The notes under the pieces: model-generated | What the model was told of the DNA's origin: nothing | Databases searched by the model: none | What the model saw: only the letters and a program-made list of their open reading frames with translations | Part shown: in pieces, positions 8,032-19,359 of the stretch | Position numbering within the stretch: the stretch's first letter is position 1 | Layout: each line of letters starts with the position of its first letter | IMG/VR virus record: IMGVR_UViG_3300029288_000055 | Location: 32,001 to 96,000 of that record | DNA from: a virus | Lineage: Duplodnaviria > Heunggongvirae > Uroviricota > Caudoviricetes | DNA length: 64,000 bases | Reading direction: 5' to 3' (one strand) | Translations under genes and position numbers: made by a program

Positions 8032-10866
8032 TTACTCTGTAGGAAGTACTCTACCCCTACCATTCGGTCCAGTATCAATTGCTACCAATGATGATGCTGC
8101 ACCAACACAATAATTAGCACCACCAGAATTCAATGCACATGTTAAATCAATAGATGCCGTATTTCTGAAATCTTGACCAATATCAGCAGTACTACTATTA
8201 GTTATTGCATGTAATATATAACAATTAATATTTGTACAATTAATATTAATTGAGTTACTTTTAATTTGTGAACAAGTAGTAGTTTCACCGCCAGAAAGTA
8301 CCATACTACTAACAAAATTACAACATACTGTAGAAGGACTACAACTTATCCATGAGCATGCGCCAATAGGATGTGTTAATGCTACATTTGATTCTGAAAA
8401 TGCTGTATCGGTAAAACATAATGTGATATTTTGTCCCGCAAGTAATGGTGTACTTACTCCAAGATGAGCACACATACAACTTCTAATGTCAGTATTTGAT
8501 GATAATTGACATGTGCCACAAACAAAAATAGTTTGTGTTGCAGGTGGTACTACAATTGGATTTGTTGTTCCATTTCCAATTTCACCATATCCAATACCTG
8601 CTGAATTTTGTGCAAATAATCTAAAATAAATTGGTGAACTACCAAGCAAATCAGGCATTGTCATAATAAATGACGTACCAACAGTAATATCAGCAATAAC
8701 AGATACTTTACTAATTCCAAGTCCACCATATACTAAATTACTACTATTATTTTTTGCTGGGTCTTGTGTATATAGTAAACCATATTCTGTAATTACAGTA
8801 CCACCATTATCATCAATAGTATTATTTCTTATTAGCATATCAATTAATTGTGTTGTAGTATTTGAAAGTTGTTTAAATATAATACCAGTTGTAACTTCGG
8901 GAATAAAAATTGTTGGTGGTGGCGATGATAATGTTGTAAGTGTTTGTGTTATACCAGAATATGTCACACCACCAACAGTTATAAATGCACGATAATCATA
9001 AGAAGTGCTTTCAACTAAACCAACTATTGTAGTAACAAAATTATTTACAGATAACGGTCCTGTCAATGGTACTGCAGGTGATAAATGCCAATTTTGAGCA
9101 ATATCTCCATCACTATGTAATTTATAAGCCATTCCATATTTTTCAACAGCAATAAACACATTGGCAGGTATAGTATTACCTCCAGTATTGTAAATTTGTC
9201 CAATTCCAGCAGTACCTATAATTGTTTGAACACTTGGTATAATAACTGGTGGTACAGGTGGTACTACTGGTGTTGGTAATGTAGTAATACTATATGATGT
9301 TGAATTATCAATATATTCATTATTACCTATTTTAACATATGAACGGTAATTATATGTTGCATTTGGAGTCGTGCCAGTAATTGTATAATTAAAATTATTT
9401 GCAGCAAGTGAAGTACCTACAACTATACGTGTCCAAGTAGTCGCACCAGTTAATTTATATTCTACACCAAATTCGGTAACATTTTCATATCCAATAATAT
9501 TTCTACCACCAGTATTCTTAATAGAACCGGGCGTACCAACTATTGTTTGAACAAATAATATTGATGGTGTTGGTGGTGTTGGTGAATTACCACCACTGCC
9601 ACCGCCCATTATAAATTCGGGAAGTGTCCACGATCTATTTGATTTATATGACATTGCAAATAATAATTCTTGATCTTCAATAAGAAATATTTTTAATTCA
9701 TCGAATATTTTACCAACAATAATAGTTGGGTCATTTACATCAACCAAATCATAATAATGTATACCCAGATTTGTTAATGTAAAACCATTTCCAGATTTAA
9801 ATTTAGCACCTAAAGTAGCAGTATTGTTTTTATGCCACATTATTGTTGGAATTTCTAAAAGGGGTGTTTTTAAATAAAATCCTTCACCATAAACATTGGC
9901 TGGTGATGAATTAGTATAATGAATTACACCTAATTTTTTATAATAAGGTTGTTGACTTTGAATATATGAAACAAAACCACCATATGCTCTACTATCGAAT
10001 TGACCAAATGTTTTATCTCCTAAAAGACTGGCTTGTACTCCTGCGATTTCTTCAGTGAAAATAATTGACATATTCCAAAATGGAAATACTATTGTTGGAC
10101 ACTGACTGTTTTGAAAGAATGATAATACACTTTCATCAATATAATCAGTTGAAAAATCATTAAAAATTGTACTACCACTATAATTGATAAAATTATAATA
10201 AATAAGTGCACCTGCATAAATACCAGCACCTGCAATGCCAGTAAAATTAGGTAAAGGTCTATCAACAGTTACAAATAAATTATTGGCAGCTAATGTACCA
10301 CTTTTTGTTGAAATTCTGTATATTAAATATGGCGTAGGATTTGTTTTATTAAGTGTATCACCTGTTGTATTTATATTTACTGCCCATTTAATTAAAATCA
10401 AATCCCCAATAGCAGGTTCTTCTGCACTTCTACCATATAATGGTGCTTTTTTTAAATATAATCCTGTACCACCTGTAATATTACTCATTAAAATCATGAC
10501 ATCAGGTTGTTTAACATGATTAGAATCGGTAATAAAAGACGTACAACCGCTTGTAAAAAAACCTATCGATTCTACTGAATTTGTAACAAGATACCATGAA
10601 GAAGGTATTGTTGGTATTTCATTATATGGGTCACCACTTATTGATCTTGGTATAAAAGATATTAAATTTGGATTGTTATCAGCAGGTCTTAAAATTTTAG
10701 AATCAAATGGTACTAAACCCGTTTCATTATTAAATTCATAATCAATTTCACTATCACCAATAGCAAAATATTTAAATGTTAAATTACCAGTAGAAAGTAA
10801 TTCTCTACCTTTTGTAGTTAATTTTATATTTAAAACTACAGGGTCTTTTTTTTCAATGAAAGCCAT
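8032..10866 (-). CDS. Virion structural protein with FN3-like repeats and Cys-rich C-terminal domain
   Basis: N-terminal KLTTKGRELL..FAIGDSEIDY; Pro-rich linkers separating three FN3-like units ending Y(N/D)YRxY/F or IYFRLFAQN. Confidence 0.7.
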   Translation of the reverse strand: MAFIEKKDPVVLNIKLTTKGRELLSTGNLTFKYFAIGDSEIDYEFNNETGLVPFDSKILRPADNNPNLISFIPRSISGDPYNEIPTIPSSWYLVTNSVESIGFFTSGCTSFITDSNHVKQPDVMILMSNITGGTGLYLKKAPLYGRSAEEPAIGDLILIKWAVNINTTGDTLNKTNPTPYLIYRISTKSGTLAANNLFVTVDRPLPNFTGIAGAGIYAGALIYYNFINYSGSTIFNDFSTDYIDESVLSFFQNSQCPTIVFPFWNMSIIFTEEIAGVQASLLGDKTFGQFDSRAYGGFVSYIQSQQPYYKKLGVIHYTNSSPANVYGEGFYLKTPLLEIPTIMWHKNNTATLGAKFKSGNGFTLTNLGIHYYDLVDVNDPTIIVGKIFDELKIFLIEDQELLFAMSYKSNRSWTLPEFIMGGGSGGNSPTPPTPSILFVQTIVGTPGSIKNTGGRNIIGYENVTEFGVEYKLTGATTWTRIVVGTSLAANNFNYTITGTTPNATYNYRSYVKIGNNEYIDNSTSYSITTLPTPVVPPVPPVIIPSVQTIIGTAGIGQIYNTGGNTIPANVFIAVEKYGMAYKLHSDGDIAQNWHLSPAVPLTGPLSVNNFVTTIVGLVESTSYDYRAFITVGGVTYSGITQTLTTLSSPPPTIFIPEVTTGIIFKQLSNTTTQLIDMLIRNNTIDDNGGTVITEYGLLYTQDPAKNNSSNLVYGGLGISKVSVIADITVGTSFIMTMPDLLGSSPIYFRLFAQNSAGIGYGEIGNGTTNPIVVPPATQTIFVCGTCQLSSNTDIRSCMCAHLGVSTPLLAGQNITLCFTDTAFSESNVALTHPIGACSWISCSPSTVCCNFVSSMVLSGGETTTCSQIKSNSININCTNINCYILHAITNSSTADIGQDFRNTASIDLTCALNSGGANYCVGAASSLVAIDTGPNGRGRVLPTE

Positions 10867-10926
10867 TTTTTATGAATTTAATTATAAATACTATTAATTT
10901 TATTTATCTTTTTAATATTTAATTTT

Positions 10927-13900
10927 TTAACTCAGTCTGGTATCAAAAACTCTACCAGCAACATAAGTAATTCCCAAACTATTAATTGCATAAAATCTCC
11001 AAAACCAATATCCATGTGGTAATGCATCTACATCAGTTGCTACACTAAATATTCCTGCACCTGTACCAGAAGCAACATAACGATAATCTGCAATTGTTGG
11101 TTGATTTTGTAATGCCCAAACAGTACCACGTTCAGTAACTGGTAAACCGCCATCATTCGTTATATTTCCAACTGCCGTTAATGTAAGTGCAGGACTAAAA
11201 GAACCAATAGATGATACATAAATAATTGTTGGTGTTGATAGTGTTGTAAAACTTAATTCATCTCCATATGCAGTTCCTTGACTATTGGTAGCATATGCTC
11301 TTGCATAATATGTTGTACCCCCAATTAATCCTATTATTGAACCTGAAAATGTGCCAATATCAGTACCATTTACAGTATGACTACCAGCAATAGTTGGATT
11401 ATGTGATGTACTCCATGCAATACCACGAGCAGTAACAAATGCATTACCATCTGAAGTAACATTTCCATTACCAATTCCTGTAGTTTGTAATACATCAGTA
11501 ATATTTGTTGTTACAACTATTGGTAATGATAGTGGTAATGAAGTTGTTGTTGCAATAAGAGTATTTCCATAATATGGCATTCCACCCACCACAATGTATG
11601 CACGATAGTAATATAACGTACCTTCAGTTAATCCAGCAACAGTAATTGAATAATTATTAGCAGCTAACGGTCCTGCTAATGGCGATACTGGTGAATATAA
11701 CCAATTAATATTATCTATTGAATATTGTATTGCATATGATTCTACTATTCCAAACACATTGGCAGGTATACTATTACCACCTGTTGCAAATGAATTAAGA
11801 CCAATGCTTGTTGCTGATGTTGTTACAACCGAAGGATGGATTACAATTGTTGCACTTATAAAACTTACTTCATTACCATAAGCAATACCTTCATTATTAA
11901 TTGCATATGCTCTGACATAATATGTTGTGTTTGGACTTAATCCAGTCATTAGGCTTATGAATGCACCAGTTCCAGAACCATCTATTGTTGTACTATCAGT
12001 TGTTTCTGGATTAGGTGACGTACTCCAACATATACCTCTGGTAATAACAGACAAACCACCATCATTTGTTACATTACCGCCACCAGTAGCTGTAGTTTGT
12101 AAAATATTTGTTATTGCATTGGTTGTAACCGTTGGTACTGTAGTTGTTATTGTTATTATGTTTTGATTAATCAAAAATTGACTTCCATCATCACCAAAAT
12201 AATATAATATTGGAAAATTTCTTACATCGGTTGTTGTTGACCCGCTTGCAAGTAAGTTAACCCCTCTCTTATATGTAAATTTTTGCTTTGTAAATACGGT
12301 ATTTCTAACCAATAAGCCACTTTTTTTCAATATAACTGTTGCTGCTAATAATTGATCAACAAATTTCTGAAAAAATGAATTATATTTACTTAAAAATGGA
12401 TATAAATTTTCAAAAGTATAACCGTTTGAATGTAATGGATCATTTACTGGTAATAAACCTCTTTTAAGATACTCAATATATATTCTTAATAAAGAAGGAT
12501 ACCAACCACCTTTAAAATCTGATATAGTTTTTCTATTTCTTGCATTTATTAATCTTCTTTGTATTAATTCAATAAATTCAAGAAATGATAAATTACTTAT
12601 ATCACCAACACCAAAAGCATTTGCAACAATAGGATTAAAATATGCATTACCAGCAATAAGATAATATACACTAATTACTGTACCATATCTAATACCCCTT
12701 GGTAAGAAAATTTCATATTGATTTTGTACATTAACTGTGTAATCTCTAAATGGCTCTAAAGCAATACCGTCTATAAGCACTTTAATATTAGATGCATCTG
12801 TTGCTTTATAATTCATCTTATAAACATACTTATTTGCTGAAACATTAAAATATATTTTACTACTATTAAAACTATCAACTCTCACTATTTCACTTCTTGC
12901 ATTAAGTTCATTACTGCCATTAACTTGAACATATGCTACCATTATATTTGGATTAACTGCCAAATATGATATTATTTCTGGATTTTGAATAATAATATTA
13001 TTTGTTCCACCAGTTGAATTAGTTGGGTCAAGAATATAATCAGCAGTAAATTGATTAGTACCTTTTGTAAGAGCAATACCGTTTACAGTAAGTTGTACGT
13101 CACCACGTGGATAGCTTGGCAATGGTATTGCAGTTCCAGTTATATTTGCAGTAATTCTCATTACAATATATTGAACTGATATACCAGTTACAGGATGTGT
13201 TCCGCCAGAATAAACAAACGTTACTTGAATAACATCTCTTCGATTACCAGAATTTGTTGCAAAATTACTATTATTTAAATTAATAACATTACCGCCAGTA
13301 ATATAATAATCAATCTCTTCACCAATGCTTGTTGTTCCTGTAAGAGTACCATCATATTTATCTCTCGTAGTTAACAAAATACCATTATAGCGAACTTCCA
13401 AATAACCTTGAATTTTGTTTGGGTCATATGTAAATGGTAATGTAAAAGAAGATTGAGTACTTGTATAATCCAAAGAAATATTAACATATGAGAATGGTAA
13501 TGTAAAACCACTTGAATTTGCTGGAAAATCAACAGTTTTAATGTAATCATAAACATCAAATTCAATACCACGTGCAGTATCAAGTGCCACATCTACTTCT
13601 TTAGTATTTATAACTAATTTACTATCTTCTTGATAATATTGTGGTGTACTATAATGAACTCTTGTAGTTGCACCTGTTTGAATCCATGATTTTTTATTAT
13701 CAACATTTTGTTTTAAGTTGAACCCAGCCATGCGAAATACATCCAAATATTTCTGTCCTGCATCAGTATTACCAGAAATTTGGAAAAAGAAATCACTGGT
13801 TTCTAAAGGTGCTTTAGGATATCCATCACTATCATAAGGTAGTGAATTGCTTGGAAATTCGGATTGTTTTAACGGTACTGTATTGGGGTCTATTTTACCG

Positions 13901-15363
13901 TCAACAGTATATACATATTCAGTTATATTAATAAATGGTTCTGGAATACCAATCAAAAGAAACATTGATTTAATTGCTTCTCGTGTACCTTTAGATTTCC
14001 AAAAATAATTAGTATTCATTAATATTCTTCTCCAAAGTTCAATATCTATTTCTGCTGGCATTAAATCTGTATCAAGATTTCTTTCAGTATCGTCAATACT
14101 TAAAAAACTATTAACTAATTCGCTTTCATTAACCAAAGAAAAATAATTCCAACCAAATGTTTTTGAAAGATTTTTAATTAATTGATCGGGAATATTATTA
14201 GTTTTATTATAACTAACACGATTAATATTAACTAATGAATCAATAAATTGCCTTATTTGATCAAACTCTCTACCATATATTCTTAAAAGTTTTGTTACTT
14301 TACCATTTTCAGTTAAATCATATGTTTTAAGGGATGTGGGAGTAAGAAATCTTGCGATTAAATCAGTTTTAATGGTATCATATTTACTACCAATAGTCAA
14401 TACAATATTTAAAAAATTACGATATTTTGGAGTATTAATATCAATATTATAATTATCATTTGTTGCCCAAAGTATTGAAGAATTTGAATATGTGATTGAA
14501 CCATTATCAAGTAATGTTGGGTCTTTTAATATAAATTTAAATCCACTTGTTGTGCCACTCACTCTTTGTGACATAATATATTTTTCGTATTCAGGTAATA
14601 ATGCACGAAATTCTTCAAAAACCTCATTGTTTGGCTTAATATGAAAATCAATCTTACCTGTTGTCGAACCAGTAAGAGTAGGAAATGGATTGCCAATTGT
14701 CTTTATAATTAATCGCTTATAATTAGCTGCTGATGGGTTATTTGCAGTACATCCAGTAAATCCAACTATAGTATATGAATTACCAGTTAAATTAATTGCT
14801 GACCAAACAACATATTTATCATATGATAAATTTACATTTTTAAGTTCATTATTATCTGGTTTACTTACATTGCCAAAATTAATTGCAAGTCCAAATGTAT
14901 TAACAGTACAACCAGTTGGTATTCTAAACGTTGAAATATTTGTAATTGGGTCATATATAAAATCAGTAAAAGTATCAGGACTTGTCCTATTTAATTGTGA
15001 ATTCATGAATAAACTACCCGGATATGCTACAATGATATTTTCTATTGATATTCTAAGAAATTCATACGCTGAACCAAATCTTACAAAAGTATTTAAATCT
15101 GATCTATCTAAGTTTAATACTGCATTAGTACTATATAGTTGTATTATTTCTGATTGTGTTTGTGTCAGTCCCATTGTTTCTAATGTAACTGGACGCACGA
15201 ATGAACTCAACGTATTACTATAATCAATAGGTACTCTACCTTCAAAATTTGATGTAACAGCAAAACTACCAAACGAAAATATTGTTTCGGATGCAGTATG
15301 ATTAAAATTTGTTCCGTTTAAATTCTGGTCAAGATTTGTACCAACTACTTTTACTTTTGCCAC
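10927..15363 (-). CDS. Large baseplate protein with P2 gpI-like wedge segment and four C-terminal FN3-like domains
   Basis: IPDQLIKNLSKTFGW..WRRILMN..WKSKGTREAI; FN3 units PTVTT..GGNVTNDGG..RGICWS..YYVRAYAIN..GIAYG; GTG start. Confidence 0.7.
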   Translation of the reverse strand: MAKVKVVGTNLDQNLNGTNFNHTASETIFSFGSFAVTSNFEGRVPIDYSNTLSSFVRPVTLETMGLTQTQSEIIQLYSTNAVLNLDRSDLNTFVRFGSAYEFLRISIENIIVAYPGSLFMNSQLNRTSPDTFTDFIYDPITNISTFRIPTGCTVNTFGLAINFGNVSKPDNNELKNVNLSYDKYVVWSAINLTGNSYTIVGFTGCTANNPSAANYKRLIIKTIGNPFPTLTGSTTGKIDFHIKPNNEVFEEFRALLPEYEKYIMSQRVSGTTSGFKFILKDPTLLDNGSITYSNSSILWATNDNYNIDINTPKYRNFLNIVLTIGSKYDTIKTDLIARFLTPTSLKTYDLTENGKVTKLLRIYGREFDQIRQFIDSLVNINRVSYNKTNNIPDQLIKNLSKTFGWNYFSLVNESELVNSFLSIDDTERNLDTDLMPAEIDIELWRRILMNTNYFWKSKGTREAIKSMFLLIGIPEPFINITEYVYTVDGKIDPNTVPLKQSEFPSNSLPYDSDGYPKAPLETSDFFFQISGNTDAGQKYLDVFRMAGFNLKQNVDNKKSWIQTGATTRVHYSTPQYYQEDSKLVINTKEVDVALDTARGIEFDVYDYIKTVDFPANSSGFTLPFSYVNISLDYTSTQSSFTLPFTYDPNKIQGYLEVRYNGILLTTRDKYDGTLTGTTSIGEEIDYYITGGNVINLNNSNFATNSGNRRDVIQVTFVYSGGTHPVTGISVQYIVMRITANITGTAIPLPSYPRGDVQLTVNGIALTKGTNQFTADYILDPTNSTGGTNNIIIQNPEIISYLAVNPNIMVAYVQVNGSNELNARSEIVRVDSFNSSKIYFNVSANKYVYKMNYKATDASNIKVLIDGIALEPFRDYTVNVQNQYEIFLPRGIRYGTVISVYYLIAGNAYFNPIVANAFGVGDISNLSFLEFIELIQRRLINARNRKTISDFKGGWYPSLLRIYIEYLKRGLLPVNDPLHSNGYTFENLYPFLSKYNSFFQKFVDQLLAATVILKKSGLLVRNTVFTKQKFTYKRGVNLLASGSTTTDVRNFPILYYFGDDGSQFLINQNIITITTTVPTVTTNAITNILQTTATGGGNVTNDGGLSVITRGICWSTSPNPETTDSTTIDGSGTGAFISLMTGLSPNTTYYVRAYAINNEGIAYGNEVSFISATIVIHPSVVTTSATSIGLNSFATGGNSIPANVFGIVESYAIQYSIDNINWLYSPVSPLAGPLAANNYSITVAGLTEGTLYYYRAYIVVGGMPYYGNTLIATTTSLPLSLPIVVTTNITDVLQTTGIGNGNVTSDGNAFVTARGIAWSTSHNPTIAGSHTVNGTDIGTFSGSIIGLIGGTTYYARAYATNSQGTAYGDELSFTTLSTPTIIYVSSIGSFSPALTLTAVGNITNDGGLPVTERGTVWALQNQPTIADYRYVASGTGAGIFSVATDVDALPHGYWFWRFYAINSLGITYVAGRVFDTRLS

Positions 15364-15391
15364 AAAATTTCTATTTTACTATAAATACGAT

Positions 15392-15426
15392 AAAAAAAAA
15401 TCTCAATTCAATATATTGAGATTTTT
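15392..15426. terminator. Intrinsic terminator
   Basis: A9-TCTCAAT..ATTGAGA-T5 hairpin just after the stop of 15437..16372. Confidence 0.7.
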
Positions 15427-15436
15427 AATGTTAGAA

Positions 15437-16372
15437 TTATTGTACACCACTTGTTACGCTGTCAAAATTTTGCGTTTCATCAATATTGGTTCTTTCTTCT
15501 TTAACTTCAAATAATGGTACATTGGTTACATCATCCTTAATTTCATATAGATTATCTTGTTTTATGATTACTCTATTCTTATCAAAATATGTTAAAATGC
15601 CATTCTGAACATCTTTAATTTGTTCACCAGCAACATAATTTGTTAAAGTATCTATTGTATTTTCAACCATTTCAACTTCTAATACAAGTGGCGAAAAATA
15701 TGTATTGCTTATTAAAATAATACCACCAGTATTGCCAATAAAAGGTAATACGTTTGGTTTTACATCTGAAGAACTACTTGGAGTAAGCTGTAAAAACATC
15801 AACGTGCCTGAGTCATCAAAACGATATCTGACTGCTTTTTGTGAAGTATTTCCTATGTTTTCACTAACTGGAACTACTTTATTTGCTGTAACAACATATC
15901 TTACTGTATTTCTTAACTTAGTTCCATCAGTATTAAGATATTCAATCTTAAATCCTTGTAATGCATTATTTGCTTTTAAGTTATCTGGAAGTTGCGTTGC
16001 ATTAAGATCAATTACAATACCATTAATGGTAGGTAATGATGATAAAACTCCACAATCCACAATTGTTGACAAAATAAGTTTTGGTTTTATATAAATTGTA
16101 TATATACCTAACTGATTAAATATAGTTGCAGGTAATCTTAAATTATAAAGTCCCTCTAATAAATTACTGTTTTCAACTAAATTCGGGTCAGCAATAGATA
16201 TTGCGTTTGGGTCATCAGTTGGTAAATATGAATATGATAGTAATTCAATAGCATTTAATTTGATATTTGGATTAGGAGATGTTTGTCTGTCTGGTGCAAA
16301 ACTATAATACATATCAATATCATCGATATTAACGTCTGAAGGTCTCACTATACCATAAATTCCAGTTGCCAT
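15437..16372 (-). CDS. Putative baseplate structural protein
   Basis: 311 aa, beta-rich, coupled within the baseplate operon. Confidence 0.6.
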   Translation of the reverse strand: MATGIYGIVRPSDVNIDDIDMYYSFAPDRQTSPNPNIKLNAIELLSYSYLPTDDPNAISIADPNLVENSNLLEGLYNLRLPATIFNQLGIYTIYIKPKLILSTIVDCGVLSSLPTINGIVIDLNATQLPDNLKANNALQGFKIEYLNTDGTKLRNTVRYVVTANKVVPVSENIGNTSQKAVRYRFDDSGTLMFLQLTPSSSSDVKPNVLPFIGNTGGIILISNTYFSPLVLEVEMVENTIDTLTNYVAGEQIKDVQNGILTYFDKNRVIIKQDNLYEIKDDVTNVPLFEVKEERTNIDETQNFDSVTSGVQ

Positions 16373-16373
16373 G

Positions 16374-17021
16374 TTATGTGTTTTTTACTATGTTAAAAAA
16401 ATTGCCAGCAGCGTATGTTTCAAGATCAATTAAATTTTTTATAAATTCTAATCTATAATTTCCATCAAATGCTGATAATTCTTGTCTTACTATAAATACG
16501 TCATCACTAATTTTTGGGTTACTTATAATATTTTCTTTATTCGGGTCTTGATATATTGGTTTATTAATAAAATTAGGATTGGTATACCCTAAACTTGTAA
16601 AACTAAATGTTGAACCAGAAGTACTGCCAGTAAGAAGATCAACATATCTAATTCCGCCAAGAAAATATACAACACTTACGCCTGAAATAGAATTAGAATA
16701 ATCAACTCCATCAACAATATAATTACCATTACCAAAATACTGATTAGCAAACACATCAGTGACTGAATATTTTCTGAGTTCTAATAGTCTGCTTGTGCAT
16801 TGACCTGTTACCACATATGGAACATATGTTATTGTTGTGCCAGTAATTCCACTAAGCGGATATGCATCAAAAAACCCAACATTTTTTATTTCTTGATTTA
16901 ATAATAATTTAAAATTATATGTAGCACCAGTATCTGGAATAATCACACGACATGTTCCAGTACAACCAGTTGTTGTGCCAGTTGTCATTATTCGTAATAC
17001 TGTTTTTTGAATTAATTCCAT
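16374..17021 (-). CDS. Putative baseplate structural protein
   Basis: 215 aa, Thr/Gly-rich, start overlaps the stop of the gp6-like gene. Confidence 0.6.
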   Translation of the reverse strand: MELIQKTVLRIMTTGTTTGCTGTCRVIIPDTGATYNFKLLLNQEIKNVGFFDAYPLSGITGTTITYVPYVVTGQCTSRLLELRKYSVTDVFANQYFGNGNYIVDGVDYSNSISGVSVVYFLGGIRYVDLLTGSTSGSTFSFTSLGYTNPNFINKPIYQDPNKENIISNPKISDDVFIVRQELSAFDGNYRLEFIKNLIDLETYAAGNFFNIVKNT

Positions 17022-18868
17022 TATCCAACACTTTTTCTTAAAAATACTCTAATATCTTTTTCGGGATATTTTATTTCAAACATTGAATCAGCAGTAGAAT
17101 GAATAGTATTGTTAATAACGGTTATTTCACCAGTAAGTGGATTAATTGTTTGAGAAACAACATTATTTGAATATTGACCACCTACTCTATTATATACTTT
17201 AATACTAATAACATTAATAACACCATTTGCAGTAAGTATTTCTCGCTGAAGCGGACCCAAAAATATATCCTGATTCATTTCATAATTATTAATATCCAAA
17301 TAATTTCTAACAAGTGTAATTATACTATTTGCAATCTGATTATCAGCAATATTATCAACATAAACATCAACATCAAATGCAAGATTAAATATTTTACCAT
17401 TTTTAATTTCAATGTAATCATTAATCATTCTGAATTGAGTAAGATATTCAGTAATGTTTGTCATTAAAAGTGTATTGCTTGAATTATCCAATTTACCATC
17501 TGAACCAATATCAAGTATTGGAATAACTACTTTATTATTTAGTTTAAAAGCATTGGCACGAAAGGGTGAACCAAACTTTCCGGGCATCTTATAAAGTTGT
17601 AATAAATAGTCAGTTAAACTAACATCTCTAAATTGACTTGCATAATTATATTTAATTAATTGTCTTATTTGTTCTACACTTAAACCATCATTACCGCCAA
17701 TTGCTGGAATTGGATTATTTACTGTTAAACTTCTTTGGACAGATTGATTAAAATCCTGACGAGAACCAGTTACTGTTAAATTATATCCACCAAGTTGTGT
17801 TAAAGTTCCTGCGCCCACATTTGAATTACTACCACCACCAGTTCTATATAAAACAAATAAAGTATAGTTTGATAATAATTTTTCACCCAAAGCAGTATTA
17901 TTTAAAAAATTTTCAAGAAAATATTTATTACTTACACCTTCTTTCAAGAAGCCATTTTTAAATGCATTTACATCAGCATCGCCAGAACCAAATGTTATCA
18001 TACAATAACCATTAGTTGTAAATTCTTTAATAAATTTTTTAGTTACATCAATCCAAGTAGCTGCTTTAAGTCCATTTGTATTATTATTAACTAACGAACT
18101 GCTTGTATCTTCAACAAACACTCTTTGTTGAGCAAGAAAGTCAACCTCATAATATTTAAAACCAATTGTATTAAAATCACTTGCTGAAGGAGTTGATGCA
18201 TAGTTAGTCCCGGGCATTAAATATATGGCAGTAATTTCAAGCACATCTGGGTCTGGCAATGTTACATTAAAAAATGGTACAATATCTGTTGAACTAATTG
18301 TTCTTTTAAATACACCAGAAGAACCATTAACAACTACTTCTCTTTTTGTGATACTATAATTAACTATAGTTCCGTTCGAATCAGTATTTGGTAAAATTGA
18401 ACGATTAGGGTCGCCTAAATTACTTACTGGTGAATTCCAATCAATTACATCAGTTGTTTCAAATATTTTACCACCGCCAAGAACCTGTGCGCCAGCACCT
18501 AATTTTGGATAATATGAAGAATCTGGACTATCTCCAAGAACAGGAACAACTACTGTAAAATCAACTACTGTTACTGAAGGTCTTCTTGCTGGAATATTAA
18601 ATCCCATATTCTTCGCTATATTCAATATTGATACTCTTTGTTGTGCATACTCTAATTGAGTTTCTTGAAATGCTCTATCGGTATTTACACTTAAATTGTT
18701 GGTTACACCTGCATTTAAATCAATAAGCATTGCTCCAACGCTTGAATCAGTAAAATCACTAAGTACATCTGGATATGCTTGTCTTATTAACGAAATTAAG
18801 TCAGTGCGTATTTCTCCAAATGTTCTGCTTCCGTATTGTATTACATTAGTTGCTGTATTTGTTGCCAT
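17021..18868 (-). CDS. Baseplate wedge subunit (T4 gp6 / baseplate J-like)
   Basis: RTFGEIRTDL..DFTDSSVGAMLIDL..AQQRVSILNIAKNMGF; YRTGGG..N; NPIPAIGGND..EQIR..QFRDVSLTDY. Confidence 0.9.
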   Translation of the reverse strand: MATNTATNVIQYGSRTFGEIRTDLISLIRQAYPDVLSDFTDSSVGAMLIDLNAGVTNNLSVNTDRAFQETQLEYAQQRVSILNIAKNMGFNIPARRPSVTVVDFTVVVPVLGDSPDSSYYPKLGAGAQVLGGGKIFETTDVIDWNSPVSNLGDPNRSILPNTDSNGTIVNYSITKREVVVNGSSGVFKRTISSTDIVPFFNVTLPDPDVLEITAIYLMPGTNYASTPSASDFNTIGFKYYEVDFLAQQRVFVEDTSSSLVNNNTNGLKAATWIDVTKKFIKEFTTNGYCMITFGSGDADVNAFKNGFLKEGVSNKYFLENFLNNTALGEKLLSNYTLFVLYRTGGGSNSNVGAGTLTQLGGYNLTVTGSRQDFNQSVQRSLTVNNPIPAIGGNDGLSVEQIRQLIKYNYASQFRDVSLTDYLLQLYKMPGKFGSPFRANAFKLNNKVVIPILDIGSDGKLDNSSNTLLMTNITEYLTQFRMINDYIEIKNGKIFNLAFDVDVYVDNIADNQIANSIITLVRNYLDINNYEMNQDIFLGPLQREILTANGVINVISIKVYNRVGGQYSNNVVSQTINPLTGEITVINNTIHSTADSMFEIKYPEKDIRVFLRKSVG

Positions 18869-18878
18869 ATTTTATATC

Positions 18879-19277
18879 TTAAAAGTTTAAATCTAATTCA
18901 CCGTTTTCACTAAAAGCATCTTCACTAAAAGTAAATTTAATATTTACATTTAATTGATTTTCAGAAATTGTATTTCCTTGATCATCCGTGTTCCAATTAA
19001 ATGTTACCTTATTAATTGTAAGTGCAGGAATATATGCTGATACTATTCTTTTGATTTCTTGTTCAACATCATTTGCATCTAAATTATCATTTGGTTCAAA
19101 TATATATTTTAGTAAGTCAGTACCATAGTCTGGTTCATAATATCTTTCACCCTTTTGTGTCAATAAAAGCAATAATAAATCGGAACTAAATGCGTCTTTA
19201 GTTACTTTACTCATTAAAAAGTAACTATTTGTGCTGACATCATCACGTATCGGATAGGTAATATTATATGAAGCCAT
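18879..19277 (-). CDS. Baseplate wedge protein, T4 gp25/GPW family
   Basis: LLLLLTQKGERYYEPDYGTDLLKYIFEP. Confidence 0.9.
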   Translation of the reverse strand: MASYNITYPIRDDVSTNSYFLMSKVTKDAFSSDLLLLLLTQKGERYYEPDYGTDLLKYIFEPNDNLDANDVEQEIKRIVSAYIPALTINKVTFNWNTDDQGNTISENQLNVNIKFTFSEDAFSENGELDLNF

Positions 19278-19303
19278 TATAAGATTTTCTAATAAATACT
19301 AAT

Positions 19304-19337
19304 AAAAAAAAATCCCAACATTTGATTGTCAGGATTT
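19304..19337 (-). terminator. Intrinsic terminator
   Basis: Minus strand AAATCCTGACA-atcaaa-TGTTGGGATTT followed by a T-run. Confidence 0.75.
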
Positions 19338-19359
19338 GTCTGAATTTAAATAATTTTAT

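Noticed and set aside
17021-19277. Bacterial contractile injection system or T6SS instead of a phage
   Set aside because: The gp25/gp6-like genes sit with phage-type polymerase, primase, resolvase, homing endonucleases and a phage-specific promoter motif, with no cellular housekeeping genes
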